Positions 1 through 10,230 of a stretch of DNA of 64,000 nucleotides are shown here, in pieces; the stretch's first letter is position 1, and each line of letters begins with the position of its first letter. Source of the DNA: Candidatus Latescibacterota bacterium (GTDB lineage: Bacteria > Latescibacterota > UBA2968 > UBA8231); assembly GCA_965248265.1 (NCBI GenBank), contig CBDFJF010000001.1, positions 2,368,001-2,432,000 on the forward strand. Reading direction: 5' to 3'. Both the position numbers and the translations under genes were made by a program. The notes under the pieces are model-generated. The model worked only from the letters and a program-made list of their open reading frames with translations, was not told the origin of the DNA and ran no database searches.

Positions 1-894
1 GACGCCGTTTTGATTCAGGGCTCGAGCCTTTAGTGCAAGAATTCGCCGGGGCAGCTCAACCGAGTCGAATATTGCCGTGAACATGGCCTCCAGCGATGTA
101 CGGCTGATGGCGGCCTGGAACAGGGCAACGTCCAGAAAATCGTCGATGCCGCGATGGCCGTTGAGGGTGAGCCTGGTGCCGGCGATCGCGTTCAAAGCTG
201 CTGCCGCCGTATCCTCGACGGCGGCCCAGGCGCTGTTGCCCCCCTCGAAGGCGGCTTTCCGTACCCGCCGGTCCGGATTGCCCATCAGGGAGCGCCGTTG
301 CGACATCGGCAGACGTTTGGGCTCGGCATCCGGGAATTGCATGTCGAACTCCAGCTTGCCGGCCACTGCATGATACAGACGGCCCCAGGCGTGGATCCCG
401 TCGACGCTCAAGTCGGCATTGAGCCGCTCATTCGCCGGTTCCATGGTCTGCTGTGCTTCTTGTCGGAGTCGTCGCAGAAAGTGTTGGCAGCCATCCAGTG
501 CCGGCCGTGCCAGCAGGGCATCCCAACTCTGTTCCGACGCATCCCGCAGTCCGCGCTTGAGTTCCACCCTGATCTTGTCAGCAGCTGCCGCCGTCAGCGC
601 GAAGGCGGCCTCTTCACGCTTGTACTCCTCGTTGACCGTATCAGCAGCCGTCAGGCAGGACAGGTAGGAGGCCAGATGTGATAACCGGCGAGATACTTCC
701 TCGCACCTCAGCAGAACGTCCTCCCATTCCGACAGGGTGTCCTTGCCGGCGTCAGCATCGGCATCCTGACTAAGGATTGTCAGCGTGGATGCCCGTTCAC
801 CCAGATCGTCGATGTCGGCTCGCAACTGATCCCTGAACGTGCGCATGTCCGGACCGTCGAAAACAGGGAAATAGCTGGTCAAATCCCAGTTCAT
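1..894 (-). CDS. M3 family oligoendopeptidase (PepF-like), N-terminal part; runs off the window start
   Basis: Absent from the ORF track because no stop lies in the window. Manual translation from ATG 894 gives MNWDLTSYFP...LSVDGIHAWGRLY...AFNAIAGTRL, which resembles PepF/M3B N-termini. The HEXXH motif is not in the window. Confidence 0.75.
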   Translation of the reverse strand, partial: MNWDLTSYFPVFDGPDMRTFRDQLRADIDDLGERASTLTILSQDADADAGKDTLSEWEDVLLRCEEVSRRLSHLASYLSCLTAADTVNEEYKREEAAFALTAAAADKIRVELKRGLRDASEQSWDALLARPALDGCQHFLRRLRQEAQQTMEPANERLNADLSVDGIHAWGRLYHAVAGKLEFDMQFPDAEPKRLPMSQRRSLMGNPDRRVRKAAFEGGNSAWAAVEDTAAAALNAIAGTRLTLNGHRGIDDFLDVALFQAAISRTSLEAMFTAIFDSVELPRRILALKARALNQNGV

Positions 895-936
895 GGGTGG
901 TGTCCTGTCGATTGAGGGCCTGCGAAAATCAGAGGG

Positions 937-2823
937 CTATTTGACTTTACAGCTTTGCAGCTCGCGCGTGGCCAATCGGATACCGCTTGCCTTGAGTCCT
1001 CGCACGGGATAGTCGGCAATGTCAAACTCTTCGTGCAGTACACGCACGCGGGGCTTGGGTTTGTAGTCCACGCTGATGGTGGCGACCGGATCCGTGGACA
1101 GCTTCAGCAACGTACAGCCGTCGGGAACCAGCGAGTACATCCGGTTCAGGATGAACTTGTCGATGCGGCAGCGTTTGATGTAGCCGAAGCCCTTGGAATC
1201 CTTGTAGAGCGCGCCGAATACCAGGTCCTTGTCGACGAATCCACAATGGAGCATGCCCTTGCCCACGAACAGTTTGTCGGGCACATCGACGACCGAGTAG
1301 GAGCCGTCCTTGCGGATCACGAGCACCCGGTCGTAGGGCGAAACCAGGGCCTGCGTGACGCCGTCAACGGCATGACCGAGGTACCCCGAACTCTTGTCGT
1401 AGGCCAGCTTCAGATCCCTCTTAGCGGCATCCCTGACGTCGACCTTCTCGAAGCGGACAATTTCCGTGCGCCGCGGAAACTGTGAGCCGTATTGGTCGAT
1501 GAGCTTTTCCAGAAAGGCGATGCTGTACGGAATTATCGCCTTGAGGTCTTTGGCGATCTGCGCGAGCCGCTGGCGGATCTCCTTCAATTCCTGCTTGGCT
1601 TTGTTGATGTCGTATAGAGAAATGCGGCGGATGGGAATCTTCAGCAAGGTGTCGACGTCGTCGCGGGTGATCTCGCTTTTCAGTTTGATGGCATGTGGAG
1701 CCAACCCGGTCAGGACAGCATCGACGACGGCCTCAGCCGACTTCTTGTCCTCTATCTCCTTGTAGATCCTGTTCTCGATAAAAATCTGTTCCAGCGTCTT
1801 GGCGTGTTGGCGAGCCTTGAGCTTGTCGGCTTCGACCCGCAGCTCGGCCGTGAGCACGTCCACCAGTCGATCGACACCGTGCTCGACCACCTCGGGAACC
1901 GTCATCACACGCGGCGCATCGCCCGCGATTACCAGCAGGTTCAACGACAGCGAGACTTCACAATCGGTGAAGGCGTAGAGGGCATCGACGACTTCCTCGG
2001 CGTACACCCCGCGCGCGAGCTTGAGATCAATCTCGACTTGCTCGGCCGTGAAATCCTCGATCGTCGATACCTTGACCTTGCCCTTACGCGCCGCGTCTTC
2101 GATCGAAGCGATCAGTGACTCTGACGTGGTCGCGAACGGTATCTCGCGGATGACGATCCGCTTCGGGTCGGAGATGTCCAGCCGCGCTCGCACGTGGACC
2201 TTGCCGTTGCCTTCGCGGTACTCGGATACATCCACCAGGCCCGCCGTCGGAAAATCCGGGAACACCTCGAAGGGCTGATCCTTCATGTAGGCGATCTGAG
2301 CTTGCAGCAACTCGGTGAGATTGTGAGGCAGGATGCGCGTCGACATGCCGACGGCGATGCCTTCGGCCCCCTGGGTCAGCAGTACGGGTATCTTTGCCGG
2401 GAACAGGACCGGCTCATCGTTGCGGCCGTCGTAAGATGGCAGGTACTCGGTGATTTCCGGGTCGAAGAGGACTTCACGCGCCAGCGGCGTCAGGCGGCAC
2501 TCGATGTAGCGGGCCGCTGAAGCCTCGTCGCCGGTAAAAATGTTGCCGAAGTTGCCCTGTTTCTCAATCAGCAAATCCTTGTTCGCCAGCACGACCAGAG
2601 CTGAGTAAATCGATTGATCCCCATGCGGATGGTACTTCATCGTCTGACCGACGACATTGGCCACCTTGTGAAACTTGCCATCGTCGATCTCAGAGAGGGC
2701 ATGTAGAATTCGACGCTGGACCGGCTTGAGGCCGTCATTCACGTGCGGGATGGCCCGGTCTTTGATTACGTAAGAGGCATATTCGACGAAGTTAGTCTTG
2801 TATAGACTGTCCAGGTAAGCCAT
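937..2823 (-). CDS. parC: DNA topoisomerase IV subunit A (short GyrA/ParC family)
   Basis: DGLKPVQRRIL, YHPHGD and catalytic AARY motifs; 628 aa with no GyrA-box CTD. Confidence 0.85.
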   Translation of the reverse strand: MAYLDSLYKTNFVEYASYVIKDRAIPHVNDGLKPVQRRILHALSEIDDGKFHKVANVVGQTMKYHPHGDQSIYSALVVLANKDLLIEKQGNFGNIFTGDEASAARYIECRLTPLAREVLFDPEITEYLPSYDGRNDEPVLFPAKIPVLLTQGAEGIAVGMSTRILPHNLTELLQAQIAYMKDQPFEVFPDFPTAGLVDVSEYREGNGKVHVRARLDISDPKRIVIREIPFATTSESLIASIEDAARKGKVKVSTIEDFTAEQVEIDLKLARGVYAEEVVDALYAFTDCEVSLSLNLLVIAGDAPRVMTVPEVVEHGVDRLVDVLTAELRVEADKLKARQHAKTLEQIFIENRIYKEIEDKKSAEAVVDAVLTGLAPHAIKLKSEITRDDVDTLLKIPIRRISLYDINKAKQELKEIRQRLAQIAKDLKAIIPYSIAFLEKLIDQYGSQFPRRTEIVRFEKVDVRDAAKRDLKLAYDKSSGYLGHAVDGVTQALVSPYDRVLVIRKDGSYSVVDVPDKLFVGKGMLHCGFVDKDLVFGALYKDSKGFGYIKRCRIDKFILNRMYSLVPDGCTLLKLSTDPVATISVDYKPKPRVRVLHEEFDIADYPVRGLKASGIRLATRELQSCKVK

Positions 2824-2831
2824 GATCGATC

Positions 2832-4718
2832 CTACAACAGGTTTTCCATGATGTACTCGCGGCGCTCCGGCGTGTTCTTGCCCATGAAGAACTGCAGGGT
2901 ACCCGGCACCGTCGACATCGACTTGACGCTCACCTTGACCAGGCGCATGTCCGGACCGATAAACTGGCCAAACTCCGATGGCGAAATTTCCCCCAGCCCT
3001 TTGAATCGCGTCACTTCCGGTTGCGAGATCTGTTTGAGCACGCGATCCCGCTCCTTATCACTGTAACAGTAGACGGTCTCCTTCTTGTTGCGCACTCGGA
3101 ACAGTGGGGTCTCGAGGATGTAGACGTGTCCGGCGGCCACTACCTCTTCGAAATAGGAGAGGAAGAACGTCAGCAGCAGATTGCGGATGTGGAAGCCGTC
3201 CACGTCGGCGTCCGTGGCGATGACGACATTGTTGTAGCGCAGGCCCTCGACCCCATCCTCGATGCCCAGCGCCATCATCAGGTTATAGAGTTCCTCGTTC
3301 TTGTACATGTCGCCCTTGTTGCGGCCAAACATGTTTTGCGGCTTGCCCTTGAGCGTGAAGATGGCCTGCGTGTTCACATCTCTCGAAGAAACGATCGAAC
3401 CGCCCGCCGACTGTCCCTCGGCGATAAACACGGTTGACTCATCCCCTCGTTTCTTGTCACCGAGGTGATACTTGCAGTCTTTCAGATTCGGATTCTTGAT
3501 CTGAATCTTCCTGGCTGCCTCCTTCGCCTCTTTTTTTACCGCGTTCAGCTCCTTGCGCAGCTTCTCGTTGTGGGCGATGCGAGATTCCAGCTTCGCGGCT
3601 GCATCCGAATGCTTGTGCAGAAAGTCGACGACGGCGGTCTTGACGTCGGTAACCACCCACCCGCGCAGGTCCGTGTTACCGAGTTTGTTCTTGGTTTGCG
3701 ACTCGAAGACCGGCTCCTGTACCTTGATCGACACCGCGCCGACGATTCCCTCTCTTACGTCGATGCCGTTGTAATTCTTGCGGTAGTACTCGTTGACCCC
3801 CTTGAGCAACCCTTCCCGGAAAGCGCTCTGGTGGGTACCGCCGTCGCTGGTGTACTGACCGTTGACGAAGGACCGATAGGTCTCGCCGTAGCCCTCGATG
3901 TGGGTGAAGGAAAACTCGATGTGGTCACCCGTGAAGTGGGCCGGTTCGTAGGCGACGTCCTCGCCAACCTCGCGCCGCAACAGATCCAGCAGCCCGTTCT
4001 TCGATTCGAACTTGGTGCCGTTGAGGTATAGTTGCAGTCCACTGTTCAGACACGCATAGTTCCACAGTCTCTGCTCGACGAACTCGAGGTTGTAACCGTA
4101 GTCGTCGAAGATCTGGAGGTCAGGGATGAACTCCACCAGCGTGCCATCTGCCTCGGTGGTGCGGCCCTTGGCCTGATGCGTCAACGTGCCCCGCTCAAAT
4201 TGTGCCTCGAAGCGCTTGCCCTCACGGAATGAAGTCACCTGGAAGGTGCCGGAAAGCGCGTTGACCGCTTTCGTCCCCACCCCGTTGAGACCGACGCTAA
4301 ACTGGAAGACCTCATCATTGTACTTGGCGCCGGTGTTGATGACCGATACGCACTCGATCACCTTGCCCAGCGGAATGCCGCGCCCGTAGTCGCGAACCGC
4401 GACTTTGCGATCGGCGACGCTGTTGTCGGCGACGAGGACCTCGACCTTCTTGCCGAATCCCATTATGAACTCATCGACGGCGTTGTCGATGACCTCTTTG
4501 AGGAGCACGTAGATGCCATCATCGGGATCCGACCCGTCACCGAGCCGGCCGATATACATCCCCGTGCGCAGGCGGATGTGCTCGAGCGAGCTGAGTGTCT
4601 TGATCTTGCTTTCGTCGTAGACGGCACCGGTACTGGCGCGCGCTTTCCGGCCGTTGCCGTTCGTGCGTTGTCGCTTCTTCGATTGGAACAGATCGCTCTG
4701 TGAAACCGTCGCTGTCAT
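2832..4718 (-). CDS. parE: DNA topoisomerase IV subunit B (GyrB/ParE family)
   Basis: EVIDNAVDE, DYGRGIP, GLNGVG, EGQSA, TDADVDG, RFKGLGE; start placed at ATG 4718 (MTATVSQ). Confidence 0.85.
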   Translation of the reverse strand: MTATVSQSDLFQSKKRQRTNGNGRKARASTGAVYDESKIKTLSSLEHIRLRTGMYIGRLGDGSDPDDGIYVLLKEVIDNAVDEFIMGFGKKVEVLVADNSVADRKVAVRDYGRGIPLGKVIECVSVINTGAKYNDEVFQFSVGLNGVGTKAVNALSGTFQVTSFREGKRFEAQFERGTLTHQAKGRTTEADGTLVEFIPDLQIFDDYGYNLEFVEQRLWNYACLNSGLQLYLNGTKFESKNGLLDLLRREVGEDVAYEPAHFTGDHIEFSFTHIEGYGETYRSFVNGQYTSDGGTHQSAFREGLLKGVNEYYRKNYNGIDVREGIVGAVSIKVQEPVFESQTKNKLGNTDLRGWVVTDVKTAVVDFLHKHSDAAAKLESRIAHNEKLRKELNAVKKEAKEAARKIQIKNPNLKDCKYHLGDKKRGDESTVFIAEGQSAGGSIVSSRDVNTQAIFTLKGKPQNMFGRNKGDMYKNEELYNLMMALGIEDGVEGLRYNNVVIATDADVDGFHIRNLLLTFFLSYFEEVVAAGHVYILETPLFRVRNKKETVYCYSDKERDRVLKQISQPEVTRFKGLGEISPSEFGQFIGPDMRLVKVSVKSMSTVPGTLQFFMGKNTPERREYIMENLL

Positions 4719-4925
4719 ATTTCCGTCTATTCGGTCTGTGGTTTGCCGATGCCGGATACCCGGCATCGGTACAAGTCGAGACAGATATAGCAACCGCGGC
4801 AATGCGCCGCAGGGTTCAAAAAAGGGGAGGAGAGTGCTGGCTGGAAAAGTAATCCCCAGTTCGCGTGGTCAGAAAACACGTAGGGGGAAGGAGAATTACT
4901 GATGTCAGCGGCAAAGCTTCGAGAA

Positions 4926-5004
4926 CACTCTGTTCGCGAACGAACGCACTCTGTTCGCGAACGAACGCACTCTGTTCGCAGACGAACGCACTCTGTTCGC
5001 GAAC
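4926..5004. repeat. Tandem array of ~3.8 x 21 bp (CACTCTGTTCGCGAACGAACG)
   Basis: Units start at 4926, 4947, 4968 (two substitutions) and 4989 (partial). All but unit 3 contain the perfect palindrome GTTCGCGAAC. Confidence 0.95.
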
Positions 5005-5108
5005 ACCTCTGGCGGTTGTGGTGCGGGGGATCGCCGAGGTTCAGCTTCTGGTTTTGCCAAGATAATGATGGTAATGAGGTTTAGTATACTGCACATTTGT
5101 GCACGCCG

Positions 5109-6428
5109 TCAAGTCGGGCTTTCTGCCCCCCCGTTGCTTGTCGGTTTGCGCCGATTGGAACCGCGACGACGACTGGAGCCCGAGCGACCGCTGCCGCCGG
5201 CACCAGCGTTGCCACCTTGTCCCTGACCACCTCCGGATCGGCGTCTACCCCCACCTCCGCCACCCTTGTGCCTGGGTTTTGAACCTCCGCCGCCGGTGGG
5301 ACCACGCTTGGCTTTCTTCGCAGGATCAGGCGGCGCGCCGACCCACACCGGCTCGATGTCATTGCGTCGCAGAATGCTGTCCAGCGTGCGCAGATCGCGA
5401 TCCGTGACAAGGGTCAGTGCCGTACCAGTACGCCCCATCCTTCCCGCTCGTCCAGTTCTGTGGGTGTAAATCTCAGAGTTGAAGGGGAAATCGTAGTTGA
5501 CGACATGACTGACGTGACTGAAATCCAAACCACGGCCGGCAAGATCGGTGGCAATCAGGTATTTGATCTTTTTGTTGCGAAAGCGATTGAAGATGGATGT
5601 GCGACGATCCTGGTCGAGTCCGCCATGGATGAACTCTGCGGAACTCAAGGAGCGTCCGAGCTCTTTGTGGAGCGTGCTGCCACGATCGCGGGTATTGCAG
5701 AACACGATCGCCTGTCGCACCGCGTCTTCCTTGAGGTACTCGGTAAGGGCCGTGAGGCGGTTGCGCTCGTAGAGGAAATGATGTTCGAGGGATGAGGGCG
5801 CACGCTGACTGCTATTCAACTCGATGCGCACGGGGTCGGTAAGGTATTTGCTGGAAAGCCGGGTGATCTCCGTCGGCATTGTCGCGGAGAATAACAGCGT
5901 CCGGTGTTCCTGCAACAGGCAAGAAAGAATGAAATCGACATCCTCCAGAAAGCCCATATTCAGCATCTCATCCGCTTCGTCGAGGACGACGGTCCGAACC
6001 TGCGTCAAATCGAGCTTCGTGTTCCAGATGAAATCGATCAGCCGACCGGGTGTGGCCACCAGAATATTGACCTTGTGCGCGAGCTTCGCCTTCTGAATGT
6101 CCATGTCGAAGCCACCGAAGACGGCGAACGGCACGACCTCCGTCTTGCTGCCCACCCGGTCCAATTCCTGCACGTACTGTAGTGCCAATTCCCGTGTCGG
6201 TACCAGGACCAGGTGCTGAATGGCCGTGGAATCGGGATCCGTTAGCTGTATCAACGGCACGCCGCAAGCCGAAGTCTTGCCGGAACCGGTCTCCGCCAGG
6301 CCGACAAGATCACGGCCCTCCAGAATGTGAGGGATCGCCTGCTCCTGGATGGGCGTCATGTCGACGTACCCCATCTCGTCGAGGGATTCCAGCACTTCTG
6401 GCTTTAGGTCGAGTTCGCTGAATTTCAT
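5109..6428 (-). CDS. DEAD-box ATP-dependent RNA helicase
   Basis: Q motif TPIQ, AETGSGKT, PTRELA, DEAD, SAT, HRTGRAGR; Gly/Arg-rich C-terminal tail. Confidence 0.95.
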   Translation of the reverse strand: MKFSELDLKPEVLESLDEMGYVDMTPIQEQAIPHILEGRDLVGLAETGSGKTSACGVPLIQLTDPDSTAIQHLVLVPTRELALQYVQELDRVGSKTEVVPFAVFGGFDMDIQKAKLAHKVNILVATPGRLIDFIWNTKLDLTQVRTVVLDEADEMLNMGFLEDVDFILSCLLQEHRTLLFSATMPTEITRLSSKYLTDPVRIELNSSQRAPSSLEHHFLYERNRLTALTEYLKEDAVRQAIVFCNTRDRGSTLHKELGRSLSSAEFIHGGLDQDRRTSIFNRFRNKKIKYLIATDLAGRGLDFSHVSHVVNYDFPFNSEIYTHRTGRAGRMGRTGTALTLVTDRDLRTLDSILRRNDIEPVWVGAPPDPAKKAKRGPTGGGGSKPRHKGGGGGGRRRSGGGQGQGGNAGAGGSGRSGSSRRRGSNRRKPTSNGGAESPT

Positions 6429-6720
6429 TGCAGCCGGAGGTCTTCCTGTGGCGAAGGGCTACCCCTAAGCGCGTGCACTCAGTCACCTGCACGCAGGCTG
6501 TAACAGGGGGACCGTTGCACCGGATATCTGCCGGCGCGGATTCGGAGCGGTCGCCAAGGTCTCACGTCATCTGTCGCGAGGCCCGCGACCGGGAGGTCGG
6601 GAGGAGGTTGAGTCCGGAAGGGCTTGTCTAGCGCTCTCTCGTCTCGTTCTCTTATCTTCTATCTGTTCTAAAGGTAGGACACTGCAGGCGGTTGGCAAAC
6701 CGAACCCGAAAACGCAGAGA

Positions 6721-8241
6721 ATGGAAATGACTGAAGTACGCGTCCGTGCCGCCCCATCGCCGACGGGCGCTCCCCATGTGGGCACGGCTTATATCGCATT
6801 GTTCAACCTGGCTTTCGCGCGCGCCCAGGGCGGTCGTTTCATCCTGCGCATCGAGGACACCGACCAGAGCCGCTCGCGTCCCGAGTACGAGACCCAGCTG
6901 ATGGCCAGCTTGCGGTGGTTGGGATTCGACTGGGCCGAGGGCCCGGATGTGGGTGGTCCGCATGGCCCCTACAGACAGAGCGAGCGCCTCGATATCTACC
7001 AGCGCCACGCGCATCAGCTGGTGGAGGATGGTCACGCATACCACTGTTTTTGCACCCCCGAGCGCCTGCAAGAACTGCGCGCACGGCAGGCACGGGAAGG
7101 AGGCCGCACCGGCTACGACGGTCATTGCCGGGATCTGTCTCAGTCTGAAGTAGAGCAGCAGCTGGCGTCTTCAACGGCACCCTCATCGCACGTGATCCGG
7201 ATGAAGATGCCGAATGAGGGCAGCTGTCGGTTCGAGGACCGCCTCCGGGGTGAGATCAGTTTCGAATACGCCAACCTCGACGACCAGATCCTGCTCAAAT
7301 CCGATGGTTTCCCGACCTACCACCTGGCCGTCGTCGTGGACGACCATGAGATGGGTATCACTCACGTGATCCGTGGCGAAGAGTGGATCAACTCGATGCC
7401 CAAGCACCTGCTACTCTACGATCGGCTCAAGTGGGAGGCGCCCCAACACACCCACCTGCCGCTGCTGCTGAACCCGGATCGCTCGAAGCTGTCGAAACGC
7501 CGCAACCCGACTTCCGTCGACTACTACCGCGCCGCGGGCTACTTGCCCCAGGCCATGCTCAACTATATGGCGCTGATGGCCTATCCACCGGTCGGGAAAT
7601 CCGCGGAAGAGACCGCTGAAGAAAAGTTCGATCTTAATACATTCGTCGAACGCTTCGACCTGGATCGCATCAACCTGGGTGGATCCGTCTTCGACCTGGA
7701 AAAGCTCAATTGGCTCAACGGCCGCTACATCCGCGAGGACCTGTCCGCGCCACAGCTGCTCCAGGAATTGAAGTCGTGGTCGCTGAACGACGACTACATC
7801 CAGCAGATGGTCCCCCTGATGCAGGAGCGCATGGACACCCTCGGTGACTTCATGCCCAAGTGCGGCTTTTTCTTCGCGCGCGAGGTGCCGGTATCCAGCG
7901 ACGACATGACAGCGGCCGTCAAGCGTGAGCCCGACGAGATACTTCAGATGATGCAGACGGTGGTATGGTCGTTGGATACGATTGATGGATGGGACCGTGA
8001 CGGGGTCGAATCGGCTCTGGCACTCGTGGCTGCGTTCTGGGAGTGGCCGATTCGCGACGTCACCAAACCGCTGTTTGTCGCCATCATGGGGCAGCCAGCG
8101 GGGCCTCCACTGTACGAGTCCGTCGCCCTGCTCGGCATCCACGTGACCCGGGTGCGGCTCCGCTCTGCGATCGAGACGCTCGGGGGGCTGTCGAAGAAGA
8201 AGGAGCGCTCATTGGAAAAGAAGTGGACGCCTGGTAGGTAG
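6721..8241 (+). CDS. gltX: Glutamate--tRNA ligase
   Basis: RAAPSPTGAPHVG, RIEDTD, HVIRGEEW, KLSKR. Confidence 0.95.
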   Translation: MEMTEVRVRAAPSPTGAPHVGTAYIALFNLAFARAQGGRFILRIEDTDQSRSRPEYETQLMASLRWLGFDWAEGPDVGGPHGPYRQSERLDIYQRHAHQLVEDGHAYHCFCTPERLQELRARQAREGGRTGYDGHCRDLSQSEVEQQLASSTAPSSHVIRMKMPNEGSCRFEDRLRGEISFEYANLDDQILLKSDGFPTYHLAVVVDDHEMGITHVIRGEEWINSMPKHLLLYDRLKWEAPQHTHLPLLLNPDRSKLSKRRNPTSVDYYRAAGYLPQAMLNYMALMAYPPVGKSAEETAEEKFDLNTFVERFDLDRINLGGSVFDLEKLNWLNGRYIREDLSAPQLLQELKSWSLNDDYIQQMVPLMQERMDTLGDFMPKCGFFFAREVPVSSDDMTAAVKREPDEILQMMQTVVWSLDTIDGWDRDGVESALALVAAFWEWPIRDVTKPLFVAIMGQPAGPPLYESVALLGIHVTRVRLRSAIETLGGLSKKKERSLEKKWTPGR

Positions 8242-8256
8242 GGTAGTGACGGACCC

Positions 8257-9969
8257 TCAGGCTTTTCCCTTACCCGTGATCTTCGCCCACTGATCCCGCA
8301 GCGTCACGGTGCGATTGAACACAAGTCCATCCGTAGAACTGTCGGAATCCACGCAGAAATACCCCAGGCGCTCGAACTGACACGAGTACCCCGGTTTCAC
8401 CCCGGCGAGACTCGGCTCTATATAGGCGCGCGGCAGCACGGTCAAAGACTCCGGATTCAGATGAGCCTCCACTCCTGATTCAGCATCCCCTGATTCCCCT
8501 GAGCCGGCAGGGTTTTCGACCGCGAACAGGCGATCGTAGAGCCGGACTTCAGCCTCGAGGGCGTGCTCGGCACTGACCCAGTGCAGAGTGGCTTTCACCT
8601 TGCGACCATCCGGTGAATCGCCCCCGCGAGTTGGCGGATCGTAGGTGCATCGCAGTTCCGTGATCTCTCCGGAATCATCCTTGATCACGTCAGTGCAGGT
8701 AATGAAATACGCATAGCGCAACCGCACCTCACGGCCCGGCGCCATGCGGAAGAACTTTTTGGGTGGATCCTCCATGAAATCGTCGCGCTCGATGTAGAGA
8801 ACGCGCGAAAACGGGACCCTGCGGGTGCCGGCGTCCGGGTCTTCCGGATTATTGACCGCCTCCAGCTCTTCAGACTCACCCTCAGGGTAGTTGTCGATGA
8901 CAACTTTGAGCGGGTTCAGTACCGCCATGACCCGGGGTGCGACCTTGTTGAGATGGTCGCGAATGCAGTGCTCGAGCAGCGCGATATCGACGTTGTTTTC
9001 CCGCTTGGAAATGCCGACTTCGCTCCAGAAACGCCGGATCGCCTCGGGCGGACAACCCCGTCGACGCAAGCCGCTCAGTGTCGGCATCCGGGGATCATCC
9101 CAGCCGTTGAGCAGGCCGTCGTCGACCAACGTCCGCAGGTGGCGCTTGTGCGTCACCATGTAGGTGATGTTGCCGCGGGCGAATTCGATTTGCCGCGACG
9201 GGAATATCCCCAGTTTGTCGATGAACCAGTCATAAAGCGGACGATGATCCTCGAACTCGAGAGAGCACAGCGAATGAGTGACCTCTTCCAGGGAATCACT
9301 CTGACCGTGGGCCCAGTCGTACATCGGGTAAATGCACCACTCGTCGCCGGTACGCTGGTGCGATTCATGCATGATCCGGTACATCACCGGATCGCGCATG
9401 TTGATATTCGGCGAGGCCATGTCAACCTTGGCGCGCAGTACCTTGGCGCCGTCGGCGAACTCACCCGCTTTCATCCTGTTGAAGAGGTCCAGATTCTCCT
9501 CGGGCGAACGCTCGCGATACGGGCTGTCGGTGCCCGGCTCAGTCAGCGTCCCGCGAGTCTGCCGCATCTCCTCGGCTGATTGGTCGTCGACGTAAGCCAG
9601 ACCTTTTTCGATCAATAGCACTGCCCATTCATACAGTTGGTTGAAATAATCCGATGCGTGGTATTCGTGGTCGCCCCAGTCGAACCCCAACCAGCGGATA
9701 TCCGCCTTCATGCCGTCGACGTATTCCTGCTCCTCGCGCGAGGGATTGGTGTCGTCCATGCGCAGATGACAGGGGCCGCCGAAATCGGCGGCGATGCCGA
9801 AGTTGAGACAGATGGCTTTGGCATGGCCGATGTGCAGATAGCCATTGGGCTCGGGCGGAAATCTAGTCACCACGCGGCCATCGAAGCGTCCGGAGGCATT
9901 GTCTTCGGCCACTGCCGTACGGATGAAATCAGTTGGCAGCTCTGCGGTGTTTTCCGTCGTGGCGTTCAA
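8257..9969 (-). CDS. glnS: Glutamine--tRNA ligase
   Basis: [41 protein letters not shown]; TTG 9969 follows an SD-like GGGAGAGG. Confidence 0.95.
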   Translation of the reverse strand: MNATTENTAELPTDFIRTAVAEDNASGRFDGRVVTRFPPEPNGYLHIGHAKAICLNFGIAADFGGPCHLRMDDTNPSREEQEYVDGMKADIRWLGFDWGDHEYHASDYFNQLYEWAVLLIEKGLAYVDDQSAEEMRQTRGTLTEPGTDSPYRERSPEENLDLFNRMKAGEFADGAKVLRAKVDMASPNINMRDPVMYRIMHESHQRTGDEWCIYPMYDWAHGQSDSLEEVTHSLCSLEFEDHRPLYDWFIDKLGIFPSRQIEFARGNITYMVTHKRHLRTLVDDGLLNGWDDPRMPTLSGLRRRGCPPEAIRRFWSEVGISKRENNVDIALLEHCIRDHLNKVAPRVMAVLNPLKVVIDNYPEGESEELEAVNNPEDPDAGTRRVPFSRVLYIERDDFMEDPPKKFFRMAPGREVRLRYAYFITCTDVIKDDSGEITELRCTYDPPTRGGDSPDGRKVKATLHWVSAEHALEAEVRLYDRLFAVENPAGSGESGDAESGVEAHLNPESLTVLPRAYIEPSLAGVKPGYSCQFERLGYFCVDSDSSTDGLVFNRTVTLRDQWAKITGKGKA

Positions 9970-10230
9970 GTGTTTACCTCTCCCATGCCTCAATTTCACG
10001 CGGCGCGTCTCATTCGCAACGTGCCCTGTGTCCGGACGCGGCCGTATGGGCCGTCGCTCTCCATGGACCCTATACGCTAGTGTTGCCCTCGAACATCGTC
10101 AACAGCGCCCATCTCACTACGTTACCCCTGAATCTTGAAAGAGTGCGACCCCGGCTGTAGATTGCCCTCCCGATCTGTGATCGCATACACACCATTGAAT
10201 GCACACTCTGGTTGAGAGATTTGCATACCC

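Noticed and set aside
4926-5004. CRISPR array
   Set aside because: The repeats are contiguous with no unique spacers, and there are no cas genes.
4865-5096. Small ORFs over the 21-bp array (THSVRER / SRTNALC / ANRVRSF repeats)
   Set aside because: Several frames are open simply because the unit is 21 bp and stop-free; there is no independent coding evidence.
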